A DNA stretch of 64,000 nucleotides from Nitrospirota bacterium (lineage in GTDB: Bacteria > Nitrospirota > UBA9217). The notes under the pieces were generated by a model that saw only the letters and a program-made list of their open reading frames with translations, did no database searches and was not told where the DNA came from. A program made the translations under genes and the position numbers. Below are positions 39,322 to 50,091 of this stretch, piece by piece (position 1 is the stretch's first letter; each line of letters starts with the position of its first letter). The stretch covers positions 512,001-576,000 of the forward strand of contig CAWFSF010000005.1 of the NCBI GenBank assembly GCA_963818475.1, written 5' to 3'.

Positions 39322-40329
39322 ATGAAAAGATTTTTCGCCATCCTGCACGCCAGGAACATGGAGTTCATCCGCGACCGCTCATCCCTGGGCTGGAATATCC
39401 TGTTCCCGCTCCTGCTCGTGGCAGGCTTCGCCTTTGTGTTCTCCGGCGAGCCCCGGGACCTCTACAAGGTCGGCGTGTTGGGGAACACTGCGCAGCTTAC
39501 GGGTGCGGAAGCCGAATTTTTCAAGACGAAATACATCCAGTTCATCCCTATCGACGACCTGGCAAAAGGCATCGACAAGGTGGACCACTTCCAGCTTGAC
39601 CTGCTCGTCAACCTGAGCGACGACCGCCAGTACTGGGTCAATGCGAACTCGCCGAACGGGTATATCCTCGAACGCCTGCTGAAGGCTGAAGGACGGACCA
39701 CCTACCGCAAAGAGGTCGTCACCGGTAAAGAGATCCGCTATGTGGACTGGGTCGTGCCGGGCATCCTGGCAATGAACATGATGTTCAGCTGCCTCTTCGG
39801 CGTGGGGTACGTGATCGTCCGGTACCGGAAGAACGGATTTCTCAAACGGCTCAAGGCAACGCCGCTCAGGCCCTTCGAGTTCCTGCTTGCGCAAATGACC
39901 TCCCGCCTGCTGCTGATCCAGACCATCACCGTGCTCGTCTATGCCGGCTGCAACTACTTCATCCACTTCCAGATGCGCGGCTCCTATGCCACCCTGTTCC
40001 TGATCTCGCTGCTTGGTTCGGTCTGCCTGATCTCGCTCGGCCTGCTCGTGGCTGCCCGGCTGTCGAGCGAAGAGCTGGCCGGCGGCATCCTGAATCTTCT
40101 CACCTGGCCTATGATGCTGTTGTCAGGCGTGTGGTTCTCGCTGGAAGGCACGAATCCTGTCGTGCGGAAGATCGCTCAGTTCCTTCCGCTCACACACCTG
40201 GTGGACGGCGCGCGGGCCGTCATGACCGAGGGCGCAAGCTTCGCACAGATCCTTCCGCAACTTTCCATCCTGCTCGTCATGAGCGCTGTTTTTCTACTCG
40301 TCGGGTCTTTGATCTTCAGGTGGGAATGA
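39322..40329 (+). CDS. ABC-2 type permease
   Basis: YVDWVVPGILAM, LKRLKATPL, LPLTHLVDGAR. Confidence 0.9.
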   Translation: MKRFFAILHARNMEFIRDRSSLGWNILFPLLLVAGFAFVFSGEPRDLYKVGVLGNTAQLTGAEAEFFKTKYIQFIPIDDLAKGIDKVDHFQLDLLVNLSDDRQYWVNANSPNGYILERLLKAEGRTTYRKEVVTGKEIRYVDWVVPGILAMNMMFSCLFGVGYVIVRYRKNGFLKRLKATPLRPFEFLLAQMTSRLLLIQTITVLVYAGCNYFIHFQMRGSYATLFLISLLGSVCLISLGLLVAARLSSEELAGGILNLLTWPMMLLSGVWFSLEGTNPVVRKIAQFLPLTHLVDGARAVMTEGASFAQILPQLSILLVMSAVFLLVGSLIFRWE

Positions 40330-40440
40330 AACGGCCGAACAACACCTCGGCACTGCCGAAGGTGTTGCCCGGCCTTGGGGGGGGCTTTGTTGGATCTGAC
40401 GGCATGGTATCGTCAGCAGTTCGCCTCGCTTCTGGCTTCT

Positions 40441-41359
40441 CTAGCGATAGGCATACTCCCGCTCCAGCACCACGTCGACAGCGGGCGTTCCAATCGACAT
40501 CGGGATATCGCTGAACTGCTCGCGGCTGACCTCGTTGCCTGACCGGTCGCGGTATACGATATCGTCAGTGTCAAGATCGTATTCCGGGATGTTCGGGTCC
40601 TGCCATCGCGCCTGGAAGTACCGATACATGGGCATATAGAGCCCGCCGTGGTTCTGCTCGTTCTTGAACGCAAATTCCGGCATGGAGCGGACATTCAATC
40701 CCGTGTGATAGTGGCGAAGGAAGGCGTGATCTCCCAGGATCGCCAGTTTCAGGAGCGGCATATCGGGATAGAGCTTCAGCGTGACGTCCTTCTGGGCCTT
40801 CCGGAGCCCTTTAAGATAATCGATGCTGCGGATAAGCTGCTCCCGCATCACTTCCAGGGTGATCTCCGGGTCCGGGATGCTTCTGGCCCGCATCAGAACC
40901 CCTTCCTTAAGCGGGTCGAGCAGCATGATCTTCGCTTCCCGGGCATTGCACAGCGCCTCATGCAACTCTCCCTCAGGCTCAACAAAGGACCGGTAGCCCG
41001 TCGAACCGATGATCATGACCTCCCGTGCAAATCCCAAATCACTTTTCATTTTTCTGTTCCTCCTTTGAGTAAACATCCCTTTTGCCGGAGCTGCCGGCAC
41101 CATGCCGGCGCTTTTCGCCATCCGCAGGAGCTTCCGGTTCTTCAGGCTGCGTCCTATCATATTGAAAAATCACGATCAGCGCCACTGCCATGCTTATTTC
41201 CAGCGTGACCAGAAAGACCTTTTCGTCCTCGATAACCGCCCAGTACCGCAGCAAGCGCCCTGCCAGCGAACTGGCCAGATACGGCACACTGAGCACAAGT
41301 GCAGCGCTCAAAAGTACTACCATGACATGATACAATATGTGTGCAATATTTTTGATCAC
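40441..41359 (-). CDS. Membrane-anchored hypothetical protein (frameshift near 41160)
   Basis: Two N-terminal TM helices (ORF 41039..41359) followed by a soluble domain with KIMLLDP..LKLY (ORF 40441..41160). Confidence 0.65.
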
Positions 41360-41407
41360 GTCGCCCCTCTCGTTGTTGTAGTGTTTTTTTCATCGAGGCT
41401 CCCTTCA

Positions 41408-41764
41408 TCACGACAGCACGATCAACACCGTCATCAGAGAAAAAGCGATATCAGCTCCGGCGCCCGAGTCCTCGGAGACCCGGTCGCTCAATGAGGACAG
41501 GAGCCGCAGTCTGCTCCCTTTCATGGTGCTCAGCGTATCAACCGCCTTGTCCAGGACCGTTCTATCCATGGTCCGGTCCTCCAGCACCGACAATATCTTC
41601 ATCTTCTTCTCAGCGTTGCTGCTGCCAATGCCCGCAGACCGGGAGACAACTGCGCCTGCAGGCGCAACTGCAGGTGAAGCTGAAGCGTTCCCGACGATGA
41701 TAAATAAGCACAGGAGCACCGCCAGTAAAAGCAGCGCTATCATAAGATTTCTTTGTATGACCAT
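41408..41764 (-). CDS. Small exported/membrane hypothetical protein
   Basis: SD GGAGG; signal peptide; hydrophobic C-terminus. Confidence 0.7.
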   Translation of the reverse strand: MVIQRNLMIALLLLAVLLCLFIIVGNASASPAVAPAGAVVSRSAGIGSSNAEKKMKILSVLEDRTMDRTVLDKAVDTLSTMKGSRLRLLSSLSDRVSEDSGAGADIAFSLMTVLIVLS

Positions 41765-41854
41765 GAATTCCTCCCTCTTCGCACGATTTCTTCGATCAGA
41801 ACGTAATACTCGAAACTGCCCTTCTGCGATTCCAGAGTTTACTGCGTGTTATAT

Positions 41855-41870
41855 AGCAAGCACAGTGCCA
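41855..41870 (-). promoter_or_regulatory. sigma54 promoter
   Basis: TGGCACTGTGCTTGCT, consensus match. Confidence 0.85.
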
Positions 41871-41958
41871 CAATTGATTTTCGGGATTCAAGTAGCTGTT
41901 TATTAATGCTTATTAAGACGAAGCACGCAGGATCTGAATGGAGATGGAAAACAGAAAG

Positions 41959-42057
41959 TGTATGGATTTTCCTGCATCAACAGCGTACATCACGGGCAGG
42001 AAAGCAGGAAAGTCGTTGAGAGTAGACACCTTATAGCGTTGTATGGTTTTACCTGCA
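41959..42057. promoter_or_regulatory. Pair of candidate enhancer (UAS) sites
   Basis: TGTATGGATTTTCCTGCA (41959-41976) and TGTATGGTTTTACCTGCA (42040-42057). Confidence 0.65.
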
Positions 42058-42128
42058 GGCAGGAGAGGACGGGCTGATCTTCAGCTTTGCATCGGTCTGA
42101 CAAGCGGTCCCTGGACCACAGGAGCTGC

Positions 42129-43498
42129 CTATTTCTTGAAATCCCCGACATTGATCCCGTGTTTCTTCAGCAGAACATAAAGATCCGCACGATACTTGCC
42201 GGCAAGGTTGGCGGCGCTGCTCACATTGCCCTGGGCGATCTCCAGAATACGGCTCAGGTAGGTCTTTTCAAAAGCGTCCTTGGCCTCCTTCAGCGGCTTG
42301 ATCGTCTGCTTCCACACTGACGGATTTCGCAGGCAGTATGAGGTCCTCGGAGATCACGTCCTCCTTGGTCATGGCGACAGCGTATTCAATGGTGTTCTCC
42401 AGTTCCCGGACGTTGCCGGGCCAGTCGTGGACCATCAGCCGCTGCATGGCCGCAGGCGTCAGACCCTTCACCTTCCTGCCCATCTGCTCGCCGTATTTTT
42501 TTATAAAATGACTGACCAGGAGCGGAATGTCGTCCCTTCGCTCCCGGAGCGGCGGCAGCAAAATGGGAATGACATGGATGCGGTAATAGAGGTCGTCGCG
42601 GAAGGTCCCCTGCCGGACCCCCTCTTCCAGGTCCTTGTTCGTTGCCACGATCACCCGCACATCGACCTGCACGGGCTGGTCCGCGCCGACCGGGTGGAAC
42701 TGCCGCTCCTGCAGCACACGGAGGAACTTGGCCTGTATCGAGAGCGGCATGTCGCCGATCTCGTCCAGAAAGATCGTGCCTCCCTGGGCCTGAACAAAGA
42801 GCCCGCGCGAGCTCTTGATCGCTCCCGTGAACGAACCCTTTTCGTGGCCGAAGAGCTCGCTTTCGAGCAGCGTCTCCGGAAGAGCGGCGCAGTTGATTGC
42901 GACAAAAGGCTGGTCCCTCCGCTGGCCCGCAAGATGGATGGCGCGCGCAACCAGCTCCTTGCCCGTGCCGCTTTCGCCGTGGATATAGACCGTGGAGTCG
43001 GTCGGGGCGATGTGCGAAACGGTCTCGAGCACCCGCTGCATGACGCCGCTGCGCGCCACGATGTTGTCGAAGCCGTAGCGTTCGCCCAGAAGGTCCTTGA
43101 GCCGGCTGACCTCGGAGGAGAGCCGACCGGTCTCCAGCGCGCGCTCGATATGCAGCAGCAGTTCCCGTGCATCGAAAGGTTTTGGTCAGATAGGTATAGG
43201 CCCCGCGCCGCATCGCCTCCACCGCGGTCTCGATGCTTCCATGGGCGGTCAGGATGATGGCCGGCATCTCCGGGTTCACCTGGCGCAGCTCCTCCATGAG
43301 CGATATGCCGTCCTGATTCACCAGTTGCAGGTCGATGACGGCTAGGTCGAAGGTATTCCGCTGTACCGCTTCCTTTGCCTCATCCTCGTCGGCTGCTGCG
43401 GTCACCTCATAGTGCGCCGATTCCAGCCGCATCCGCATCAGCTCCAGCAGGTTCCGGTCGTCGTCAATGATCAATAATTTCGCTGTTGGCATGATCAC
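42129..43498 (-). CDS. sigma54-dependent response regulator, GlrR/QseF-like (two frameshifts)
   Basis: REC (43498-43180), AAA+ with [17 protein letters not shown] (42317-42129). Confidence 0.88.
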
Positions 43499-43500
43499 TC

Positions 43501-43953
43501 CTACTTGGTCAGCACTTTCTTCATCTCTTCGATCTTCATATCCACCCGCTTCGACTTTTCCATGGTGTCCAGGACATCGATCCAGATCTTCGCTTCCTCA
43601 ACCAGCACGCTTCGCGGATATTCCCGCACCAGGCGCGTAAAATAGCCCTGCGCCTTCCGGTAGTCCTTCTTAGGGTTTTTGTTATGGGCGTACAACAGCC
43701 CCAGTTCGAACAACAGCTCGCCGGTCTTGCGCTCCGTGCCGGGACGGGCAAGGGCGTCCTGGTACACACGCACCGCGCCGTCAAAATCGCCCCGGTCGAT
43801 CTGTGCCCGCGCATCCTGCAGGCGGACGCAGGGTGGCGCTGCCGGCTTCTGGTCGGGCTTCAGCCGTGCGCTGCAGCCGGTTCCCGCAAGCGCGACGATG
43901 CAGGCAAGACCATAGTAAAGATACTCCCTCGTCCAACTTCGCTTTCCACCCAT
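43501..43953 (-). CDS. TPR-like lipoprotein (QseG-like position)
   Basis: Lipobox-like LAGTGC; helical repeats; lies between HK and RR. Confidence 0.7.
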   Translation of the reverse strand: MGGKRSWTREYLYYGLACIVALAGTGCSARLKPDQKPAAPPCVRLQDARAQIDRGDFDGAVRVYQDALARPGTERKTGELLFELGLLYAHNKNPKKDYRKAQGYFTRLVREYPRSVLVEEAKIWIDVLDTMEKSKRVDMKIEEMKKVLTK

Positions 43954-45341
43954 ACCCTGCCTCCGTGATCCTGTACGATATGTTTGACGATCGCCAGCCC
44001 GAGGCCGGTCCCCTGCAGCTTGTGCGCGCCGGCGACAACAGCCTGACGGTACTTGTCGAAAATGACCGCGGCATGCTCCGGCGGGATGCCGGGCCCCGTG
44101 TCCGTTACCGATATGGCCACGCCGTTCCCGTCCGGGCGGGAGGCAATGGTCACGGTCCCGCCCCGGGGCGTGAATTTCAATGCATTGCCGATCAGGTTCC
44201 GCAGCGCCTGCAGGAAGCGCTCGGCATCGAGCGGCACCAACGGCAGGGCGTGCAGGTCCTTTTCGACCGTGATGCGCTTCGCCTCCGCCAGGGGAGTGAC
44301 CTCCTTAATGGCCCGCAGCACCAGCGGATTAAGGTCGGTTGTCGAAAAATTGTACGCCACCATGCCCGCTTCGAGCTTTGCAATATCGAGCAGGGAGTTG
44401 ACGAGGTCGATGAGCCGGTTGCTCTCCTCGGCGATGATCGACAGGATCTTCTTCTGCTTTTCCGTTACCTCGCCGACCTGCCCCTCAAGGAACAGGTTCG
44501 TGCCCTCCTTGATCGACGTCAGGGGCGTGCGCAGTTCGTGCGACATGAGGGCGTAGAAATCGGATTTCATTTTGTCCACGGTCTTCAGCTTCTCGCACAT
44601 CAGGTTGAAGGACTCGCCCAGGGCGGCGATCTCGGGCGGGGAGGTCAGGGCGAGGTCGCCTTCGTAGATCCCGCTGCTGATCTCCGCGGTCTTCCGCTTC
44701 ATCACGGCAAGCGGCGTGGTGATGCTCGCCGTGATGATGAGGGAAAGCACCACGCCGAAAATGAGGGCCGCCGAGGTCGTCACCATGGCAGCATTGATCG
44801 CCCGGACGCCGGCCTTGTTCAATTGGTGCACCTTGCTGAAGATGCTCTTCTGGCTCAGGACCCTGACCTGCAGCAGCTCGCTCATCAGGGAGTCCACGGC
44901 TTTTTCCTTCGCTTCATTGAACCGGGCCGCGTCGTACTTCTTCCCGGACTGGATATAGCCGGCCTCCTCGTTGAACAGCGCCTGATAGAACCGGTGGAAA
45001 TTCAGGACCCGCAGAATGACGGCCCGCATTTCGGCGGTATCCGCTATCCGTGCCGCCTCGTCGAGATACTGCTCGAACTCCGTCCGGGAGGCGAGGAAAT
45101 TATCGTACAGGGCCTGGTCGCGCAATATCGTGTACTTTTTGTCGTACCGCGTCTCCGACAGCAGGGCGTCGGACAATTTGTTGTGGAGGTCCAGAAAGGG
45201 GTTGTCCACGAGGATGATGGAATGGGTGACGTCGCGCATCTGCCCGAGTTGGATGATGGCGTACACACTGACGCCGGTGGCCAGGACCAGGACGACCACG
45301 TACCCGACCATTAATCTGAAAAAAATACTCCGCTTCTTCAT
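43860..45341 (-). CDS. Membrane sensor histidine kinase with HAMP (GlrK/QseE-like)
   Basis: Two TM helices; HAMP; SHELRTPL; NALKF; DTGPG; GTGLGL. Confidence 0.92.
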   Translation of the reverse strand: MKKRSIFFRLMVGYVVVLVLATGVSVYAIIQLGQMRDVTHSIILVDNPFLDLHNKLSDALLSETRYDKKYTILRDQALYDNFLASRTEFEQYLDEAARIADTAEMRAVILRVLNFHRFYQALFNEEAGYIQSGKKYDAARFNEAKEKAVDSLMSELLQVRVLSQKSIFSKVHQLNKAGVRAINAAMVTTSAALIFGVVLSLIITASITTPLAVMKRKTAEISSGIYEGDLALTSPPEIAALGESFNLMCEKLKTVDKMKSDFYALMSHELRTPLTSIKEGTNLFLEGQVGEVTEKQKKILSIIAEESNRLIDLVNSLLDIAKLEAGMVAYNFSTTDLNPLVLRAIKEVTPLAEAKRITVEKDLHALPLVPLDAERFLQALRNLIGNALKFTPRGGTVTIASRPDGNGVAISVTDTGPGIPPEHAAVIFDKYRQAVVAGAHKLQGTGLGLAIVKHIVQDHGGRVWVESEVGRGSIFTMVLPASSRLREPAAAHG

Positions 45342-45622
45342 ACAACCTCATCCGTTCTGCACGGTTATAACGTAAGTATACAACTTGAAAAGGCAGTTGA
45401 CAGGGATCACTGCGGATAAGATTCGGATACGGAAAACCTGAACAGCCCTGTTGAACCGAAAAAAGCATTTGACACGTAAGGACGGTTAAGCATACGGATA
45501 CACACGACCAATTGTCAACCTGATCAAATTAAACTGTTTCCGTTTTACGCGGTGTAAGTGGGATATGGCAGTGAATTCGGTTCGGTGATAGGGCGCATGG
45601 CCGGACAGGCGGAGGCGCCTGA

Positions 45623-46333
45623 TCAGAACAAACGGGAAAGCAGGGCGGGCACAGCGGTCTCGACGTTCAGGATCCGCTGTCCGAGGCTTACCAGCGTACA
45701 TCCAGCAGCCCTCAGTTTTTCGATCTCATAGGGGATAAAACCTCCCTCAGGCCCGATGATAAGGGTCGCGGCCCCGCTGAGGCCGCGGGGACAGGGCGCG
45801 TCTGCCGCCGGGTGCGCCACCAGGGGGGCGGTATTCCGGATCAGGACGGGAAGCTCGTCCTCCACAAAAGGCTTGAACTGACGCCGGAGCATGACGGCGG
45901 GAAGGACCGTATCGCGTGCCTGCTCCAGGCCGAGCGCCAGCTGTTCGTTGATCGCCTCCTGCTCAAGGAAGGGGCTCTGCCAGAAGCTCTTTTCCACGCG
46001 GAAGCAGTTGAGCAGCATGATCCGCTTCACCCCGAGCGTTGCTGCGGACCGGAGCACGCGCCGCAGCACCTTGGGCCGCGGCAGCGCCAGGATGAGCGTT
46101 GCAGGAAGCGGCACCGGCGGCGCCTGATCCAATCGCACGTCCATTTCAAGGACCGCATCATCGAGCGCCGTCACTCTGCCAATGCCGATGTTCCCGTTCA
46201 AAAGCCCGACGCAGAGCTCGTCGTTGACGGACACGCGCAGAACCTCCCGCACGTGCCTGAGGCGGCGGCCGGTGAGCCGCACGCGGCCGGTGGTATCAAT
46301 AAAGTCTTCTTTAAAAAGGAGGATGAGATTCAT
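45623..46333 (-). CDS. rsmE: 16S rRNA m3U1498 methyltransferase
   Basis: IIGPEGGF, SLGQRILNVETA SPOUT motifs. Confidence 0.9.
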   Translation of the reverse strand: MNLILLFKEDFIDTTGRVRLTGRRLRHVREVLRVSVNDELCVGLLNGNIGIGRVTALDDAVLEMDVRLDQAPPVPLPATLILALPRPKVLRRVLRSAATLGVKRIMLLNCFRVEKSFWQSPFLEQEAINEQLALGLEQARDTVLPAVMLRRQFKPFVEDELPVLIRNTAPLVAHPAADAPCPRGLSGAATLIIGPEGGFIPYEIEKLRAAGCTLVSLGQRILNVETAVPALLSRLF

Positions 46334-46334
46334 G

Positions 46335-46438
46335 GTTCAAGATGCAAGATTCATGATGCATGATGGCAACTCAGAACCGAGCTGTTGGATTTCTTTTACC
46401 GATGTAAGTCCTGCATCCTGCATCCTCTTCCCTGCCCC
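46335..46438. repeat. Heptamer-phased palindromic element
   Basis: caagatg caagatt catgatg catgatg ... cctgcat cctgcat. Confidence 0.6.
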
Positions 46439-46441
46439 CTA

Positions 46442-46861
46442 TCACTCAGAATATGCCGCGCTCCGCATCTTCTTGACACTGCCCCGCTGCTTCTTAGCCT
46501 CGATGCGTTTTTCCTTCGACGCTTTTGACGGCTTGGTCTTTTTTCGCGGCTTCGGCCGCTCCGTTGCTTTCCGGATCAGCTCCACGAGCCGTGCGATGGC
46601 GTCTTCGCGGTTCCGCTCCTGGGTGCGGTGCTGCCGCGCCTCGATGATGAGGATGCCTTCCTGCGTGATGCGCCTGCCTGCCAGACGGATCAGGCGCGTC
46701 CGCACATCCCCGGGAAGGGAGGGCGAATTGCCCACATCGAACCGGAGCTGCACTGCCGTTGAGACCTTGTTCACGTTCTGGCCGCCCGGGCCCGAGGCCC
46801 GGATGAACTGCAGCTCGATCTCGCGCTCTTCAAGCGCTATGTTCCGCGTCACCTGGATCAT
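46442..46861 (-). CDS. arfB: Alternative ribosome-rescue peptidyl-tRNA hydrolase
   Basis: RASGPGGQNVNKVSTAV; basic C-terminal tail; SD AGGAGG before 46861. Confidence 0.93.
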   Translation of the reverse strand: MIQVTRNIALEEREIELQFIRASGPGGQNVNKVSTAVQLRFDVGNSPSLPGDVRTRLIRLAGRRITQEGILIIEARQHRTQERNREDAIARLVELIRKATERPKPRKKTKPSKASKEKRIEAKKQRGSVKKMRSAAYSE

Positions 46862-46904
46862 GTTCCTCCTGCGATATCTCTGTTCGAATAAGATTGAAAA
46901 GAGC

Positions 46905-47050
46905 AGTTGGACGCAGATAAAATCTGATGAACGCAGATAAAGACAGACAAAAAAAATTACTACTAAATGAAGACTCAACCTTTGTGGTGAAAGTTCTTTC
47001 ACCTGAATGCCTGGTTTTATCTGCGAAAATCTGTGATAATCTGCGTCCTA
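46905..47050. repeat. Phased-repeat palindromic element (GCAGAT/ATCTGC type)
   Basis: gacgcagataaaatctgatgaacgcagataa ... ttatctgcgaaaatctgtgataatctgcgtc. Confidence 0.75.
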
Positions 47051-47129
47051 CTGTCGTTTTAGAATGATGCCAGTATACCCGGTTACTACCGGCATGGCAA
47101 GACTGGCAGCTGCCGCTCGAACTGAAAAG

Positions 47130-47157
47130 AAAGGCAGCCTCCGTGGGCTGCCTTTGT
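47130..47157. terminator. Intrinsic terminator (bidirectional-type)
   Basis: AAAGGCAGCC-TCCGTG-GGCTGCCTTT. Confidence 0.7.
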
Positions 47158-47204
47158 CTAACAAATGATCCCGAATTTTTTTATCAGGTGAAACCGAAGC
47201 TAAG

Positions 47205-47320
47205 ACCTTTGACACTGATAACGGCGGATTTATTTATGATTAAGGCGGACACGAGAAGGACGTTGACGTATCTGTGAAAATCCGATTTTTATCAGATTTG
47301 ATCCGTGTCAAAGACTTCTT
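47205..47320. repeat. Phased-repeat palindromic element, 10-mer family (short centre)
   Basis: CTTTGACAC...GTGTCAAAG ends; four cores per arm at 10-11-10 spacing. Confidence 0.8.
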
Positions 47321-47346
47321 TCGGTTTCGGTCCTCCGAAGATCCGT

Positions 47347-48881
47347 TCAGCCGTGATGCTTCATTTCCGTGGCGAGATACAGTTTCCGGATCTCTTTCTT
47401 CAGGATCTTGCCTGTTGCGGTCCGCGGCAGCTCGTCGATCATCAGGAAGCGGCGCGGGATCTTATAGTGGGCCACATGCTCGGAAAGGAACTCGCGGAAT
47501 TCTCTGGGCGTCGCCTGGCTGCCCGTCCTTCTGTACGACGTACATGATCGGGATCTCTTTGTCCTCGCCGTGCAGTACGCCGATCATGGCGCAGTCCTTG
47601 ACCGCGCTGTGGCGGTACAGCACTTCTTCGACCTCGAAGGGGTAGACATTCAGGCCGTCGACGATGATCATGTCCTTTTTCCGGTCGATGATCTTGATAT
47701 ACCCGTCCTCATCGAGCGCTGCGATGTCGCCCGTAGAGAGCCAGTTGTCGCGGATGGCCTTGGCGGTGTCTTCCGGCCGGTTCAGGTACCCGGTCATCAC
47801 GTTCGGGCCTTTCACCAGCAGCTCGCCCGGCACGCCCGCGGCAAGGGGCTTGCCCTCATCGTCCACGACCCGCACCTCGATGCCGGGCAGCGGCAGGCCG
47901 ACCGTGCCGGGCCTCCGCCTGCCATGGTCGTCGGGATTGATCGACACGACCGGCGACGCCTCGGTCAGGCCATAACCTTCGAGCAGCGGGACCTTGAAGG
48001 CGGCTTCGAAGTCCCTGATCACCTTCACCGGCAGCGGTGCAGCGCCGGAAACGCAGAGCCGCAGGTTCAGCAGCATCTTGACCAGGAAGGGCATGTTCTT
48101 CTCCGCCAGGATCTTGTAGACCGTGGGGATCGCGACGAACAGCGTGATCCGGTCCAGGATGAGGCGCTTCACGACGCGCGAGAAGGGCCGGACCGCCGGC
48201 AGGAGCGAGATGAGCGACCCCGTGACGAGCGGTATAACGACGCAGACGGTAAAGGTGAACGAGTGGAACAGCGGCAGAAAAACGACGAACCGGTCCTTGT
48301 GGGAAATATGGATCGCCGCGGCGCAGGCGAGCGCGTTCGCCATGATGTTCCGGTGCGTCAGGAGCGCGCCCTTGGGGCTGCCGGTGGTGCCGGACGTATA
48401 GAGAATGGTCGAGAGGTCGTCGACGCCGTGCACGGGTGCAGGCACGATCGGCATGGCCCCGCCAGCGGCGCTCGCAACGTCGCCCAGCAGGACATAGGAG
48501 CGGGAGCTTTTCCCCCTGAGCTTCTCGACGGTGCCGCTGCATTCGCGGTCGAAAAAGCAGGTCTCTGCGCCTGCATCGTTCAGGATAAAGTCGATCTCTT
48601 CATGCGTCAGGAGGTTGTTCAGCGGCAGGACAATGCCGCCTGCCCGGATGATACCAAAGTAGGCCGCCACGTAATGCGGATTGTTCTGGGAGAGGAGCGC
48701 CACCCGGTCGCCCGCGCCTCGAACCTTGTCCAAGGAGGTAGGCCGCGTAAACTCCCGCGAGCCGGTCCATCTCCTGAAAGGAGAAAGCGGCGCCTTCGAA
48801 CTTGATGAAGGTCTTGCGGCCGGAGAGCCGGGCCCGTTGCTGCAGCAACTGGTCAAGGGGAAGCAGTTCCTTAATCATCAT
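47347..48881 (-). CDS. Long-chain fatty-acid--CoA ligase (FadD-like; several frameshifts)
   Basis: YTSGTTGSPKG, EGYGLTE, TGDIA, DRKKD, LPRTATGKILK. Confidence 0.9.
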
Positions 48882-49053
48882 GGCGCGAAGTATAGCATAG
48901 TCCCCCTGTAAGGTGAAACAAAAAAGCGCAGAAACGCATTCGCCGCCCGTGCCGCAAGGCACGTAGCCCCTTGACATCATACAAGACTTGTTCTATCCTA
49001 ATTATAGGACATGCCGAACGCTCAATGGCTATGTGCTTTCAGGAGGTGGCAGT

Positions 49054-49584
49054 ATGGAGAGAAAAGGGATCATAACCATGAGGGGAAAAGCGTTGACCCT
49101 GATCGGGCCGGACCTGACGATCGGCGCCAAAGCGCCCGATTTCAGTGCGCTGGACAAGGACCTGCAGGAAGTAAAATTGAGCGATTATGCAGGCAAGATC
49201 AAGGTGATCAGCGTGACACCATCGCTGGATACTCCGGTCTGCGACCTGCAGGCGCGGCGGTTCAACCACGAAGCGTCCCTGCTGCCGTCGGATATCGTGG
49301 TGCTGAACATCAGCATGGACCTGCCCTTCGCCATCGCGCGGTTCTGCACCATCGCCGGGATCGAAAAGATCATAGCGCTGTCGGACCACCGGGACGGTTC
49401 TTTCGGCGAAGCCTACGGCGTCCTGATCAAGGAGCTCCGCCTGCTCGCCCGCTCGGTCTTTATCCTGGACAAGGATGACATCGTGCGCTACCGGGAGATC
49501 GTACCGGAGCAAACCAACCATCCGGATTATGAAATGGCGCTCAAAGCGCTGGCTGCCCTGACGGGGGTGGCAAAGGCGGCGTGA
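49054..49584 (+). CDS. tpx: Thiol peroxidase
   Basis: [25 protein letters not shown]; SD AGGAGG. Confidence 0.93.
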   Translation: MERKGIITMRGKALTLIGPDLTIGAKAPDFSALDKDLQEVKLSDYAGKIKVISVTPSLDTPVCDLQARRFNHEASLLPSDIVVLNISMDLPFAIARFCTIAGIEKIIALSDHRDGSFGEAYGVLIKELRLLARSVFILDKDDIVRYREIVPEQTNHPDYEMALKALAALTGVAKAA

Positions 49585-49602
49585 GTGCGGGCGTGCGGAA
49601 AT

Positions 49603-49638
49603 AAAAAAAGGCAGGTTCCGCTGGTACGGAGCCTGCCT
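49603..49638 (-). terminator. Intrinsic terminator of the cold-shock gene
   Basis: GGCAGGCTCCG..CGGAACCTGCC followed by T7. Confidence 0.8.
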
Positions 49639-49657
49639 GAAGTGTGTAGCTGTGGTC

Positions 49658-49859
49658 CTAGAGCTTTTACGACATTTGCCGCTTTGGGGCCTTTGGGGCT
49701 GTCAACGACATCAAAGGTCACACTCTGACCTTCGGCCAGCGACTTAAAGCCGCTGTCCTGGATGTCGGAGAAATGGACGAACACATCTCCGCCGTCTTCC
49801 TTGGTAATGAATCCAAAGCCCTTGGCGTCATTGAACCATTTCACGGTTCCATTTGCCAT
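49658..49859 (-). CDS. Cold-shock protein (CspA family); probable extra A just before the stop
   Basis: [33 protein letters not shown]; SD AAGGAGG. Confidence 0.93.
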
Positions 49860-50091
49860 TCCAGTCTGAACCTCCTTCTGTGAAATTTGAAGATAACGGA
49901 ACTGTGGCACAAATAAAGCCGCAAAGAGGTGTCTTTGCGGCCTGCTGTGTAACAAAGACTTCCGAACTTCGAGACATATTTTTTCATACCGGAAAATAAA
50001 AGTCAAGAATTTTTATCTCCCGGACGGTTTGGACGAACGCCGGGCCTCTGGTGTATACTGTAAGGAAATCACCGCATCAGGAAGGAGGATC

